From Phaeosaccion multiseriatum (taxonomy: Eukaryota > Protista > Ochrophyta, other classes): a stretch of 64,000 bases of DNA. The translations under genes were made by a program, and so were the position numbers. The first letter of the stretch is position 1. Every line of letters starts with the position of its first letter. The DNA is taken from the NCBI GenBank assembly GCA_965112735.1, contig OZ218954.1, positions 1,488,001 through 1,552,000 of the forward strand. The letters run 5' to 3'. Shown piece after piece: positions 12,401 through 26,100 of this stretch. Below the pieces are notes generated by a model, which was given only the letters and a program-made list of their open reading frames with translations, made no database searches and was not told the DNA's origin.

Positions 12401-14142
12401 GGGGTAGTGTAGCGCCCGGCCAGAATCTTTTTGTAGAGCTGGGAGGTGTTCTTGTCTTCAAAGGGCAGGTATCCGCTCACCTGACATGACGAACGAAAGG
12501 AATGGAGCAGGTAGAGTAGTAGGGAGAAGGCAGGCAGGCAACAGCGGGGGCGAAGAGTATGAGCAACTACAGTGGGAGCTACATGCACAATGTGTCCGTC
12601 TCAGAAGCGAGGTTTACTCTGCTGTTCGTGCCCGTGACTGATGCCACGACCAACCGACCGATGGTGGAGCGGCGGGGGGAGAAGACACGCAGGCCACAAT
12701 GGCCCGGACGCACCATGGCAAAGAGAATCACGCCCATGCTCCAAACGTCCGCCTTTGGGCCAATGTAGCGCTTGCCCGCAATCATCTCTGGAGCAGCGTA
12801 GCAAGGCGAGCCGCAAGCAGTCTGCAGCAGCTTCCCTCCTTCGTGCGTGTTGCTCAGGCCAAAGTCTACAATCTTGAGCACCCACCCAACGCTAGAGGAC
12901 TGCAGCAGGAGATTCTCCGGCTTGAGATCTCGGTGGGTGACCTCCATCCTGTCGGGGGGGTGGGGGCGGAGCGGAGAACATAGGCCAAGAGAAGGAGCAC
13001 GGAAGAAAGGGAGGGGAAGGACAGGAGAAGGAGGGGGCAGGTTAAGATGAGAGACACGAGAGAGTGGACGGGAAGGCGACAGGCAAGGATGCATCTCAAC
13101 GGCAGAGCGAATTACTCCTGTCTCCTATTCTTACCAATCACGTTGTAAAGCACAGACATGTCAAGTCCCTTTCTCCTCTCCTCTCCCCACTTCTCCTTCT
13201 TCAAGACCCAACCCCTCCAACTCACTTGTGGAGGTAGTCCACCCCATCGACCAGCTGGTGGAGAAAGTTGCACGCTTTTGGCTCTTGCAGTCGCCGATGC
13301 CGCACAATGTACTCGAACATCTCCCCTCCATCCGCTACCTCCATGATGAGGTAAATGTTCTTCTGAGAGTCCACCACCTCGTACAACTGCACCACATTAA
13401 AGTGCCTATTGCGCTTCAATATCTTGATCTCCCGAGTCACTCGTCGTACGTCCGCGATTTCCTTGATGCGACTTTTCTCGAGGATTTTCACTGCGACCTG
13501 TGGTTGTTTTATTCGTTTGTGGTAGTAGTGTTTTCATTCCCGTCACCGGGGAAGGAGTGGACGGTCAAAAGAAATCGGGTAAGAGGAGGGCGAGAGAGAA
13601 AGATGCAGAAGAAAGCGAAGGGCGAGACAAACCATGGAAACAGAGATGACTGTGAGCGTAGATGCAAGATGGTGACAAGCAGGAGGGAGGGAAAGACCAC
13701 TCAAGTGCCAGACTTTGTGTCAGTGGCTTTTTGCGCTCACCTTCTCCCCGCTGGGGACGTGTATGCCAATTTTGACCTTGCCAAACGTGCCCTCTCCTAT
13801 TGTTTTGCCCAGCGAGTAGTTCCCCACGGTTTTGATAGCCCCCGCATACCCTCTTCCCTGAGATCCCGGCTGCTTTCCAGGCTGCTGCTGCTGCTGCTGC
13901 GGCTGCTCCTGGGGCTTCTTCGGCTGTTGCTCGCACGGCTGCTCGTTGTTGGTAGCGTTGTCATCCCCGTGGGGCTCTGACTCTCTGCCTACTTTCGCTT
14001 GCCCTACTACCGTAGCCGGATTGGGCGGGACGTAGAAAGGACTTGGCTTCCGTCCAGAGCCGTAGCCGCCGCCTCCTCCTGCTGCTGCACTGCGTGGCCG
14101 CACTCGAGCCCGGTACCCCGGCTGTGCAGTGGGCGGCGCCAT
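9455..14142 (-). CDS. CAMK-group Ser/Thr kinase (SNF1/AMPK/MARK-related) with UBA-like domain and long low-complexity tail
   Basis: Exons ~14142-13741, 13497-13226, 12948-12714, 12480-12187, 11951-11703 and 11224-9455. Motifs GEGTFGKVK, VAVK, HRDLKPEN, DFGLSN, LQTACGSPCYAAPE, DVWSMG, and UBA-like MMAMGF..TTTYYLL. Confidence 0.92.
11311..11698. repeat. (TCAC)n tetranucleotide microsatellite in kinase intron
   Basis: Long imperfect CACT array. Confidence 0.95.
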
Positions 14143-14346
14143 GGCTTGGTGGGAGCTCCTTCGCCACCTCCCTCCTACCTCTGCTCCGCTGCACAAAGGG
14201 CCTCGCAGAAGCAACCAGCGATATCAACCAAGGACAGCCCGGACAGAACTGAAACTGTCGCATAAGTCAACAAAGGTACGGATGGCACTTAACGGCGTTT
14301 TCCCCCTCTCGTTTCATCTCCTCCCTGGTCTTTCCCTACGACAACC

Positions 14347-17170
14347 ATGCAGACTGCGAATCATAGCACACTGCAGCAGGAGGATAATCAGCAGGAGCAG
14401 CGGTGGGAAGCGCAAGGAGGATCCTCAAGGGCCTCAGCGCAGCGGAGAGTGCAGCTCCTAGCCACGCAGCTGGCAGCGGGGGAGAGGGGGGGCAGTGCAA
14501 GTAGTAGCAGCTCGAATCAGGCCAATACTTTCTCACAAGTGGGAAGCGCCCCCAGCCCGTCCGACGTGGTGATAGTGGAGGCCATTCGCACTCCGATCGG
14601 CCGGGGCAAGCGAGGCTCCTTCAAGGACACCACCCCTGACGTCCTCCTCTCGGTACGTGCTACGTCTTGGCGCGGAGCAGCAATGTGCAACAGCAGCAGC
14701 GACAGGCTGAAGCACAAAGCGCAGATGGAAAAGAGGGTGGAAGCCGGCCTTGCGGGGCAGGGCCCTCAGGTGCTTCGGGGTCAAGCTAAAGGGCCTCTGG
14801 AACAATAGCCTTTTTTGTCCTCGAAACTGATTCCTCCCCTTCCCGACCGCGTCCCCCTCTACATGCGACGGTATTCCCGACACGATGTCTGCGAATGGAA
14901 TTCGGCGTATGAGCAGGCAGCGATCAAAGGCCTCCTGGAGCGGACCCGCGTCCCTGCAGATGCCGTTGGGGAGGTGAGTGACAGGCCCCTCTCCCTTCAT
15001 GTCTTCCTGCCCAAGCAGAGACTCGCACATCTCCGCCCCAACATTAGAGTGTGTACGTTGACAAGTCAGACGCGAGGACTGAGCTAGGCAAATACTTCTA
15101 TCTGCCCTATCCGATCTGGAGAGCTGCAAAGGGGCCTCCGAGATCTCCCCGTATCTCCCCCTGACCACCACCGACCCCCACGACAATGTCCTCCACCACA
15201 CATCTCCTCCCCCTCCTCCTTTCCGCCCCCTTTGACATGAAGGTGTGCGTGGGGAACGTCTTACAGCCCGGTGCCATGGCAGCGGGCGCTCGAATGGCCC
15301 AGCTGGTGGCGGGCATGCCCGCATCCGTGCCTCTCAGCACCGTCAATAGGCAATGCTCTAGCGGCCTGCAGGTGTGTGTGTGGTGCTACGCATGGGAGAG
15401 TGTTTGATATCATGATGCCAGGGCAGATGAGAAGGCGGGCATGTTGGAGGCGTATGAAGGTCCCGGCGTGGGCGGTGGGGTACTCACAAGAGAATTTTCT
15501 GCGAGTGGCGGTGAAAGTGTGATACATCGCTCGAGGGGCGGTCAGCCCTATCAACGAGTAAACCTTCGTGATCATGGACCACTCATAATATCTTTGTTCT
15601 CTCCCTCTCTGTCCTGCTCTCTCTCTCTCTTGTCTCCCTCTCGCCAAAGGCCGTTGCCCACATTGCGTCTGGCATCGCCTGCGGCTACTACGATGTGGGC
15701 ATTGCAGCAGGAGTGGAGTCCATGTCCCTCACCTCCATGAGCGGTCCGAAGCCCCAAGTGGATTGGTGAGTACAGCGAGGTATCGTCACCGCTGCCATGG
15801 CATTCATCGCCTTCTAGTCTCTCGCTGCCTTAGGAGCTCTGACAATGCACATCCGGCTATGATTCAAATGCAATGCTCTCAGGGATGCCGTCAAGACCAG
15901 CGCGGCCGCCTGTGAGTGCACTTTGCCAATGGGCATCACTAGCGAAAACGTCGCCGCGAAGGTCAGTACCTGGTGTCAGTCGGTGGGTCAGTCAGTCAGT
16001 CAGGAGATGGTTTCGGGTAGTTAGTCGGTCAGTCGGTGGGTCATTCAGGGGCTCAGTCACTCACCCAGTCACTCACTGCTCGCTCGGTATCCTGGTAGAG
16101 AAACCTTCCTTCCCTACGCGGCAGATTCTCGCCAAGAGGAGGTGCTGTGTGCACCTGCAGCGCCAGCCAATTCAAACTCAAACATCTCCTCCGCATTGCA
16201 TTGTTGTTGGGTACGGGGTCCATCTCTCCTCCCCTCCCCTGCAGTATGGCATCAGCCGAGAGCAGCAGGACGCCTTTTCCGTCCAGAGCCATGTCAAAGC
16301 CGCTGCGGCTCAGAGTAATGGCAAGTTTGATGCTGAAATCATCCCCGTAGCGACGCGTGTCAAGGACAAGGATGGCAACATGGTGGACGTGTTGGTGCGT
16401 CAGGACGAGGGCATTCGTGCTAAGTCGACGGTTCAGAGTTTGGGCAAGCTCAAGGCGGTGTTTAAGAAGGGAGGGAGTACCACGGCAGGTGAGGGAGGGA
16501 GGGAGTGTTTAAAAGGAGAAGGGAGGAGGAGGAGGATTGAGATGAGGAGGAGGAGGAGGAGGAGGAGGAGGAAAGGAAAGGATGGGGAGAAACGGGGAAG
16601 TGGAGGGTGTGGCAAGGGCAGGGAAAGGGAAGAGAGAATGGCGAGGGCGGGGGCGGTGGCGATTGAAGGAAGCAGGGGAGTGCTGACAGGCGGCAGACGG
16701 AGAGCTCGAGAAGAAAAGAAGAGGGTGGAGGGAGGTAGATAAAAGGGCAAGCGAAGGATGTGTGTGTAAGTCAACAGGTCGAGAGATGGAAGGAGGAAAG
16801 CGGGAAACGACGAGCCACACCAAGATGTGGTAGGGTTTGAACAGTAGATGCCCCCCAGAAGCAAGAAAAGCGTCACTGGTTGCCCTCCCCCCCCCGGCCC
16901 GCTCCCAACCCATCCTTCCGTCCACTCCCACCACCCTTCGCCCCCCCTTACCGCAGGCAACAGCAGCCAAGTGAGTGATGGGGCAGCGGCAGCCCTGCTC
17001 ATGACTCGCTCCCGAGCAGAGGAGCTTGGTATGCCTGTGTTGGGCGTGTTTCGCGGGTTTGCGGTGCGAGGTGTGCCTCCCGCCATTATGGGCATTGGCC
17101 CTGCAGTGGCCATTCCAGCGGTCTTGGAACAGGCACGTGCATGTGTCGGGGGACGTGTATCGGTGTTGTA

Positions 17171-17204
<34 letters not shown>

Positions 17205-17644
17205 CGTGTGTGTGAGAGAGAGAGAAAGTGTGTGTGAGAGAGAGAGCGTGTGTGTGTTATGGGAAGTGGGGGGGTCTGATGATGCTGTCTGCCTCCCCTT
17301 GGTGAGATACATACATGTACATCTCCTATCTCCGGCACTCCCCCGTCTCTACTCTCAATCCATCCATCCACTGCCATACATTCCTTTGTCCTTCCACCCA
17401 TCCGCTGCGCCGCCATCCATCCACCCTTCCCCCATCCCCAGGTGGGGCTATCTATGGACGACGTGGACATTTTCGAGATTAACGAAGCCTTCGCGTCTCA
17501 GGCAACGTACTGCATCAAGCACCTCGACATTCCTGCGGAGAAGGTAAGGGCCTACGCGGTACCTCCTTGCCCAGGAAAGGATTGAGAAGGCTTGAATCTT
17601 GAGTCCCCGGTTGCTGGCCTCCGACTTCGCTCCCTTCCCCCCCC

Positions 17645-17710
<66 letters not shown>

Positions 17711-17931
17711 ATCTCCCCCTTCCCCTGACCCTTATAAATGCCCCTCCTCTTCCCTTCCAGGTGAACCCCAATGGCGGTGCCATCGCTCTGGGCCACCCTC
17801 TGGGCTGCACGGGCTGTCGTCAACTCGCAACGCTGCTGTACGAGCTCAAGCGAACGGGGCAGCGTGTGGGTGTAGTGTCTATGTGTATAGGAACGGGCAT
17901 GGGAGCGGCTGCTGTCATAGAGGCCCCTTGA
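14347..17931 (+). CDS. Peroxisomal 3-ketoacyl-CoA thiolase (acetyl-CoA acyltransferase), multi-exon
   Basis: [25 protein letters not shown] (catalytic Cys), [58 protein letters not shown]2-type nonapeptide RVQLLATQL at 14446-14472. Confidence 0.95.
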
Positions 17932-18646
17932 GGGGGAAGGGAAGGATGGGAGGAGTGTAGAGGAGGACCGGAGGGAAATTATAGAGCAGCTACCGGCTGA
18001 GGCGCCCGTTTTCCTCGTGGCGGTTGTTCATAGAACGTAGAAAATCGTTTGATCACTATTAATTTTTTTTTCTTCTTGTCAAGCTCTTGGCTGGTAATGT
18101 CTCTGTTGGCACCCTTCCATTGACGAGTGAGTGCTTCCTTCCTCTGTACCTCTGTCGCCCTGTCAGCTCCACTCTCTAGTGCATAGGACCCCAGCTCACG
18201 CGCACCCAACACTCCCTCCCTCTCTCTTTCTCGCTCTTGTTTCAATTTTCATTTTCATTGTAGTGTATTTCAAAAAACATCCCAGCAGGTCGCCTCTGAG
18301 ACAGGAGAGTGCGGTAGAGTACGACTACACGACAGCCTATGAGAGCGGAACATCACTATAGTAGTGCCCTTACTCCCCCCACCCCACTGCGCGAGAGCTT
18401 CCATCTGCCACACAATCGGCTCTTGGTTGTGGTCAAACCCCGCACGCTGCCTTCCAGTGTGTCGGGTATCTCCTTCCATACCCTCGTAATTCTTCTTCTA
18501 CCTGCGGCCCTGAACCTTCTCACAAAAAGAGGCCACTCACACCCCCCACGCGCCCTTTTCAGGCAATTCCATCCCACCTCACTCCTCCTCATCTCCTCAC
18601 CGACACATACCCATCCACCCTCCCTCCCTCTCATACCCTCCCTCCC

Positions 18647-20615
18647 TCATGGCTTCCATTTACACAGGCAATCCACCATGCGCACTACCGAGTACCTCGA
18701 AGACTCAATGTTGATGTCCATGCTTGCAAAGCTGCGGTACTTGACATAGTCGCCCACTTCCATGGGTGTAGGGGCAAGCGTGCCCTTACTCGTCGTGCGG
18801 CCTTCGCCAAGGGCCACAACGACTCCCTGGGACGCGTTCTCCTCCGCTACTGCTGCGGTGGCCAAGGCAATGCCCTTGTCGGTCATGCCCGTGCCTCCGT
18901 CCAGCTTCACAAGGACCTTTGTGACAGGACAGGGGATGGCAGTGGATGGATGGGATGGGCCGCAAAGCATGCAGGAATGTCAGCAGGAGCTCGCAGGGGA
19001 AGGGGAAAGGACTGGACTTTAGAGGAAAGGAGAGGAGTAGAGAGGAAGACAAGGAGGAGGAGGAGGAGGAGGAGGAGGAGGAGGAGGAGGAGGAGGAGGG
19101 CGAGGAAGGGGGGCAGGAGGGGAAGAGATGGGAGAGGAAAGGGGCAGGAACGAGACGTGGAGGAGGACAACAGTGGAGGGTAGGAGGAGAGGGTAGGGTA
19201 GGGAGGGAGAAGGTAGGGAAGGGGAGCGGGGGAGGGTTTCTAGGCGGGCAGGCCGCGGTGACTGAGGCCTTGTGCGTCACAGGCTGGCGGCATTCACAGC
19301 AACAACCAACTCGTTGACCGGACATGCCTTTTGCGCAAGCACACACACACGCACACGGCCACACGGACCCATCTGATGCTGCCCCGCAGGCTGCGGACAC
19401 ATTCTCACCTGATCGCGGACCATTTTGAGGCTTTCCTGCGACACACGGTCCCCTTCGTACACGAGTAATAAGTCATCGTCCGTGATGATCATGTGCTCTT
19501 CGCCCTGGTAGTCGGCCTGCCGATCAAACAAAGGGGCGGGGGGGAGAGATACGGATAATACGTTACGTTCTAATCAGGTCCATCACGACACACGACACAC
19601 GGAGAAGGGGGAGGGAGATGCCCTAAGGAGATGCCCTATAGAATCCTCTTCCGCGGCCGACTCCTCATCAGTCAATCATCCGCCCCGCTATTTCCGGATG
19701 GCAGTAGATGAAGCGGGATGGCAGTCGATGGAGCGGAATGGCGGTAGATCAGCCCTCAAACCCTCTCCCCCGCCCAATGTCTTGGGGACCCTCTTTTCTT
19801 ACCTTTGTGCCGATGAACTGGCTGTACAGCACGTTGTCTCCAGGCTGGACGCACATGGGGATGAGCTTGCCAGTGAAGGGGTGGATCCGCCCAGGCCCAG
19901 CCGCCACCACGGTGCCCTCCTTGGGCTTATCCTCCGACTGATTGGGCAGCGCGAGGCCTCCCTTGCTGAAGGCTGCGGGGCGTGCGGTATTGATCGCATT
20001 GAGGGTTTGTTAGAGGCAGGAGGGAGAGGCGATGAGAGGCGGAAATGCTTACTATGCAGCAAGTCAGGGGACTAAAGGTCACTGTGTTTAGTTTAGTTCA
20101 GTTCAGTTCAGCAGAGTGCCTCTCATTCAAGTCCAACGGGTGTAAGAGGGGGCAGCTACACGCGCTTTACGTGGTTTCGGTCCGCCAGAAACACGCACCT
20201 GATGCGTCCTGATTGACCTTTACGAGGATAACATTATTGACGGGCTTGAAGGGGTTATCGATAACCTGCGGGTCGGGCGTGCGAGGGGAGAGGGGGGGGC
20301 AGGGGGCAGGGGAAGGTCAGGGGGAGAGAAAGCGTGGGCGAGGGCTCAACACCCCTCTGAAGAGTTGACGGTGATGCACTGAGCCGTGAATACATAGAGA
20401 GAAGAACTGACTGAGCCGTGAATACATAGAAAGAAGAACTGACTGAGCCGTGAATACCTAGCGAGAAGAACATAGTTAGTGTTAGAGTGCCACGATAGCC
20501 TGTGCGCCTTCTCTCCTCTCACCTTGTCATCGAGAATGTAGGTAGTTTCGGATGACATGGCTAGCCTGTGAGCAGAGAGGGGAAGAGAGCGACACCGAGA
20601 AAAATACAAGCACAA

Positions 20616-20687
<72 letters not shown>

Positions 20688-21214
20688 TCCATTGAGCGAG
20701 GGAGCACAAAGCGGGGCTGTCCACCGTAGTTTGTCAAAGACTTTCCGCCCCCCAAAAGAGCCTGGTAAGCACTCCTTCCGCCTGGGAAACTGTAGAGCGC
20801 GCTGAATCAGGTAAGCACGAGCAGTAGGCGGACGCCTAATGAAGCCTCAACCCTCGGCGGTCTTTGAGTACAGAAAGTGCCCCTTGTTATTCACCCCGCT
20901 CCCTCCCATGCAGACTTTAAAGCTCTTCTTCGCACCCGCGCTGCCCTGCTTTGCCACCCTCCCTCATTCTGGGCCATCATCGTTAAGACGCAAACATGAT
21001 ATATGAACACGCCTCGTCTCATCCTCTCGCACCTGCTGCTGCTACTGCTGCCGCTACTCGGCAATCCACAACTGTTTCTTCTCCTACTCGCTGAGCCACT
21101 CGCCGCTGCTGCAGTGCTTCCTACTCCGCTGACCCAGAAGGCTTGGCATGGGGTCAAGTAGCTGGCGAGAGCGAAGGCTCCAGCCGCAGGGGCGAGCCAC
21201 GAGGTTAGGTGCAT
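18647..21214 (-). CDS. CPN20: Plastid co-chaperonin Cpn20/Cpn21 (two GroES domains)
   Basis: Exons ~21214-21033, 20565-20523, 20265-20199, 19972-19803, 19516-19409 and 18917-18647. Two GroES repeats (SKGGLALP..EGTVVAAGPGR..VQPGDNVLY; TDKGIAL..QGVVVALGEGR..VGDYVKY). Signal peptide ends CQA-FW. Confidence 0.9.
20378..20471. repeat. 32-bp intronic minisatellite x~3
   Basis: ACTGAGCCGTGAATACATAGAGAGAAGAACTG units in a Cpn20 intron. Confidence 0.9.
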
Positions 21215-21499
21215 TGCTTTGCTCTTCGTCCGCAATGAAGAACTGCTGCGCTGCGTCCTCTTCCTCTGATGCCAAGACAAGAGCAAGGCAAGGCAAGGCA
21301 AGGCAGGGCAAGGAGGACGATTATCTCGCTGTTGTGTGTTTGAGGCAAAGCACAGTTCTGCCAAACTGAAACTCACACCGTGTCGCCTTGCTGCTCCACC
21401 CACTCGCAATCCCCACTCCCACACGCTCCCTCAGGCTTCCTCACACCGCTACTGCCGGTCTACTGGGTTTGGGAGAGCGGCCTCTTTTGTATGAACTGC

Positions 21500-22803
21500 A
21501 TGGCTGGTACCGGGAGCAATAGTAGCGGCAGCCGGACGATGGGGAGGCGGAGAAGGAGATGCTCAACGGGAGGCCCTGCAGCGACTGTGCTTACATGCTG
21601 CTGCCTGCTGGTGACAAATACCTCGGCCTTCGTCGCACCGAGCAGCGGCAGATGCTCTATCCCTCTGCGCACTCCCTGCAGCAGTAGTCGCACTGCCCCC
21701 AACACTCCCCACAGGAGCATGGGCGGGTGTAGTGGAAGGGTCGCCTGTCGGTGCTTGGGTTGCCTCGGGCAGCAGGGACAAGGAAGGAGCAGGGCCAGCT
21801 GGGGAAGGGGAATGATGAGTAGCGTTCTTGCCGAGGAGGGGGGGGGAGATGGAGAGGCAGCAGCCGGCGCAGCAGCTTCCGCGCCGAAGGTGTCCGTACC
21901 AGTGATTCCTGGCGTTGAGGGGGAGGATGGCATGAAGGCATCTTCGACCAACAGCCCGGCTCTGTCCAAGACGCAGGCTAAGAAGCTGGAAAAGCTTTGG
22001 CGGATCCCGAAGAAGGAGTTGCTGAAGGTGTGCGCATTTCTATTATATGTTCGGGAGGGAAGGGGGAAGTGAGAAGACGGAAGCGAGAGAGCTTCCGCCA
22101 ATGTTGAACGTTGGTCGCCGTCTGTCGAGCCCTGGTGAAGGAAGCCTGGCTTAGTGCGCCCCATATTTCATGCTTTGGTGTAGCAGTAGCGTCAGTAGCA
22201 GTGTCAGTAGCAGTAGGTAGAGGGCCACACGAGAGCTCACGGAACGATGACGAACAAAAACGGACTAGAGTTTCTGCAACACCCTTGCTGATAAACCCTT
22301 CTTCTTACCCGAGTTCCACGGTAGGCCTGATAGGATGACATGCTCCAACCACAACAAATGCGGTTTGGCCCAGACAGAGAGCAGGCTGTTGATGGGTCCA
22401 TTCTTGCACTTGCATGATTGCACGCCAAATCGGTTCAGAACCTCGCACTACAGATTCCTGATTCCCTCCATTTCCTTCCTTCTCTCTCTCTCTCTCTCTC
22501 TCGCTTTAGGTGGGTAAGGCGGGTGTGAAGGACAGTCACGTGAGGTCGCTGAAAGACCTTCTCGCGGCCCACTCCGTCGTTCGCGTCAAAGTGAACGACC
22601 GAAGTGCCTCCCTGGAGGAGCTAGGGCGAGCGCTGGAGGGGCGAGGGGAGGACGGAGAGAGCAACGGGTCCGTGCTGTTGGGGGTGAGACAGGGCACCAG
22701 GCTCATCCTCATGGGCGAGGAGAGCTTTGTTCAATCCATCAACAGGAGTGGGTCCACGCCCCGAGGCGAGGAGGAGGGCGAGGGCCCGCAGGAGGAGGAT
22801 TGA
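21500..22803 (+). CDS. CRM (YhbY/CRS1-like) RNA-binding domain protein, predicted plastid-targeted
   Basis: Exon 1 to 22027 and exon 2 22510-22803 give LLKVGKAGV...L..HSVVRVKV..G..LIL, the CRM pattern. Leader contains a hydrophobic stretch plus TSA-FVAP. Start codon is uncertain (21500 or 21539). Confidence 0.75.
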
Positions 22804-23156
22804 AGAGACGAATGCGGCGCTGAGATGGGGCATAAACCAACGGTGTCCGACAAATAATTTAAAATTAATTGATAATAATAATTATATGCCGAACACGAAC
22901 ACGGTCTCTTCTTTCTCTCTGCGTTCCTCTGCCGTCTTCTCTTCCCCCTCGCAGTGCCGCTTCCGCTGCTGTCTTGTCTCCGCGGATCCTCTCCTCGCTT
23001 ACCAGTCTAGCCACAGCCAAGCCTGGCAACAGCAGCGGCAGCTAGTCCTCCACCTGCGACACCAGACAGACACTCCAGCTCAAAAAGGGCTCAGACGTCC
23101 GCCAACAAGAAGCGTAAACCACAAGCCCGCCCTTCTCCTTTCTTCCTTCCTTCCTT

Positions 23157-26100
23157 CTAGTCTTCATCGTCCCAGGAGTCATCGCTGTCCGACTCACTGT
23201 CGCTGTCGACCAAGTGCATGCGGCGCGCATTCAAAATCTCCTCCACCGTCTGGTTCCCAAACATGCCCAGTGAAGCGTCGCCGCCCCGGGGAGCCGCTGC
23301 TGCCGCCGCCGCCGAAGGCACCCTATCCCCTACCGGCTTGAGCACTTTCCCCGAGCGAATGGCCGCCAGCATGAACTGGGTAGCATCTCCTGAGGCCTCC
23401 CCTCCACCCGCGGGTAAGGCCGGGGCGGCTCGCTCGGCGGGGGGGGTGAGGCCCTTCATCCCACGCTTCTTAATCTCGTCCATGAGGCCGCCCCTGCCAG
23501 CAGCTGCAGCGGGTAATGGTGGTGCTGCTGGTGCTGCGCCTGTGGCTGAGGGCTGCAAGGGAGGGGGTGGTGGTGGTGGTGGTGGTGGTGAAGGAGCGGC
23601 CATGTCCCCCGCCCCATGTGGTAGTGGTGGTGGGGGAGGAGGAGGAGGCATTGGGGCTCCCCCACCAACAGGCATTGGTGGGGGGGGGGGTATTGCCGCT
23701 TGAGTCCCCTCCCCAGCAAGAGGGAGAGGGGGAGGGGGAGGAATGGCGGAAGATTGTGGTTGTTGGGGGGGAGGGGGAGGCGGAGGAGGAGCAGCGCCGG
23801 CGGCAGAGGCCAGGTCAGGTGTAAGGGGGGGGATGGGGGGAGGAGGGGGGGGCGGAGCCGAGCTCGGGGGGAGGGGCGGTGGAGTAGGAATGGAACTCGC
23901 GACTGCAGAAGCCGGAATGGGCGGGGGCGGGGGTGGCGTCGCTGGTGCTGGTGGTGCTGGTGCTGGTGGTGCTGGTGCTGCTGGCAGTGGTGGTGGTGGC
24001 GGTGCCGCTGCTGGTGCCGCTGTTGCCGCTGGTGCTGCTGGTGCTGCTGGTGCTGCTGGTGCTGCTGGTGCTGCTGCTGCTGGGAGAGGTGGTGGTGGCG
24101 GTGCCGCTACAGCCTGCTGCTGCGGCACTGGCACTGGAGGTGGGGGTGGGGGCGCAGCAGGAGCGGCTGCGGTAGCAGGGGCCGACACAGCCTGCGGGGG
24201 TGTAGGCGGTGGCTGCTGCGGCTGCTGCTGTGGTGGCGGAGGTACTGCTGGTGGTGCTGCTGCTGCCGATGTCGCCGGTGCAGTCGGCGGAGCCGTCGCT
24301 GGAGGGGGAGCCGGAGCCACATGTGCAGCAGTGGGCTGCGAGGGTCGGCGGAAGAGGGCCTCTCCTCCTCCTCCTCCTCCTGCTGCTGCTGCTGCTGATG
24401 CTGCCGTCGTCCCCATGGGCGGAGCTACCGCGGGTAAGGCTGCCACCGCTTGTGACTGAGGGAGGACCTGCGGGGCGAAGCTGGCGGTCTGCACGTCTTC
24501 GTCCTGCAGATAGAACTTGTTGCCGGCGTGGAGGTCGGGTTTGGACTCGACGAATTCCTCCACGCTCACCAGTCCAGTGAGGGGTGCGTTATTGCCTGAG
24601 AGTGCGGCCACATTGGGACGGGTTCGGGGGGTGGGGGAGAGGCCGCAGGGAACAGGGATGGAAGAGAGAGGATAAACAGAGGAAGGATGAGGAGGGGGGG
24701 GTGGAAGTGTAAGGACAGAGGAGACAAAAGAAAGAGAAAAGAGGGCTACGAAGGGGCGCTAAGCGCTACAGGGTAAGCCAGAGCTGCCAACTGTTGAGTG
24801 AAGGAAGCTAGAGATCGCTTGCCAGCGGTGACTCCTGTGATCAGTACTAACCGGGTAAGGAGGAAGTCCTGGCGCTGGAGAGTCGCCTTCCCCCGCGCGT
24901 TCGGGAGTCCTGTGTGCGTGCGTGCATTGTGTGCATGCGTGCGTGAGCAGCGAGCGTATCGTAAGGAAGAGCGGGGCGTGCGAATGAGACAGGAGCGAGG
25001 AAGGACACAACGCACACATGGAACGAGGAAGACAACACACACAGAGGTTTCCCAGCAGGTGAAGGAGTCAGGCTGTCAGTAGGTCAGGAAGACAGTCAGG
25101 CAGTCAGTCAAGCCGTCAGTCAATCAGCCAAACAATCTGCTTCCGAGGCACAGCGTAGGCTCCGGAGATTGCTTCCATCTGGCGCACCTGCTGCTTCCCT
25201 TCTGCGGCCTGGCGCTGATTCTCCCTCTTCTTCTTGCGCTCCATCTTTCGCTTCTTGTTGTGGATCCATTCCTCCTGCGATGAAGAGTGAAGGACAGGAG
25301 CAACGCATGGTACATGTTATATCGGTAGGCATTGCACAAGGAGGCAGAAGGGCGGGCCGTCAGCAGCACGACAACGGGGCGGGGAGAGGGTGGGGACATG
25401 TGGGGGATGGGAAATGGACTCACAAGAGCACGCTCTAAACTGTTTTGATTGATACGACGAGTTGTGAAGAACCAACACACCACACACCTCTTGTCTCTCG
25501 AGCTCCCTCGCGACGAACTCCTGATAGAAGAAGTATGGGTTGGAGTACCTTCCCGTGACGCTCTGCAGTCCTTCCTCCTGCAGACGCGCCCGCTCCTCAT
25601 CGTCCAGCAGCGCGTCGAGCTGTCAGAGGGGGGGCGTGGGGGGGAGGGAGGGGGGGGGGGGGGAGAAGTGAGTGAGTGCCCAGAGGGGTTGCACGTGGGG
25701 TTCAGAGTACACGGGGGTTTGGATCGGACAGTAGTCGGCAGAGGAGGTGGGGGGCGGGAACAGCGTCACGTGTCGCGACGTGTGTGTGTACGTGCGTGGG
25801 TGCGATTCTCATTAGGAGGGTGGGACACACACACACGCACACTTCGACTGACTTACCTGGTCTAACGCAGGAAGCTCCTTCATCTCTGGGTCCCAGAACT
25901 GCTCGTTAAGGGCGGTAGGCAGCGTTGTGGGTGCGAACATCTGCTTGTCCTTCTGCTTGACCGCTAGCTGCCGCTGCTGCCGAAGCTTCCTCCACTCACT
26001 CTTCTTTCCCCCCAGCACCCCACCCGCAGTACTTCCATACAAGTCCACTCCGCCGAAGGCCTTCACTGCTGTTGCTCCTCCTCCTGCGCCTCCTACTCCC

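Noticed and set aside
20378-20471. Three ~32-bp direct repeats of CRISPR-like length
   Set aside because: Units are contiguous with no unique spacers, lie in a spliceosomal intron, and no cas genes are present. This is a minisatellite.
24746-24850. Minus-strand peptide SFTQQLAALAY resembling Abi TTQSLASVAY
   Set aside because: It lies in a SCAR intron whose flanking exons join in frame without it, and is on the opposite strand from the Abi-like gene. Likely coincidence.
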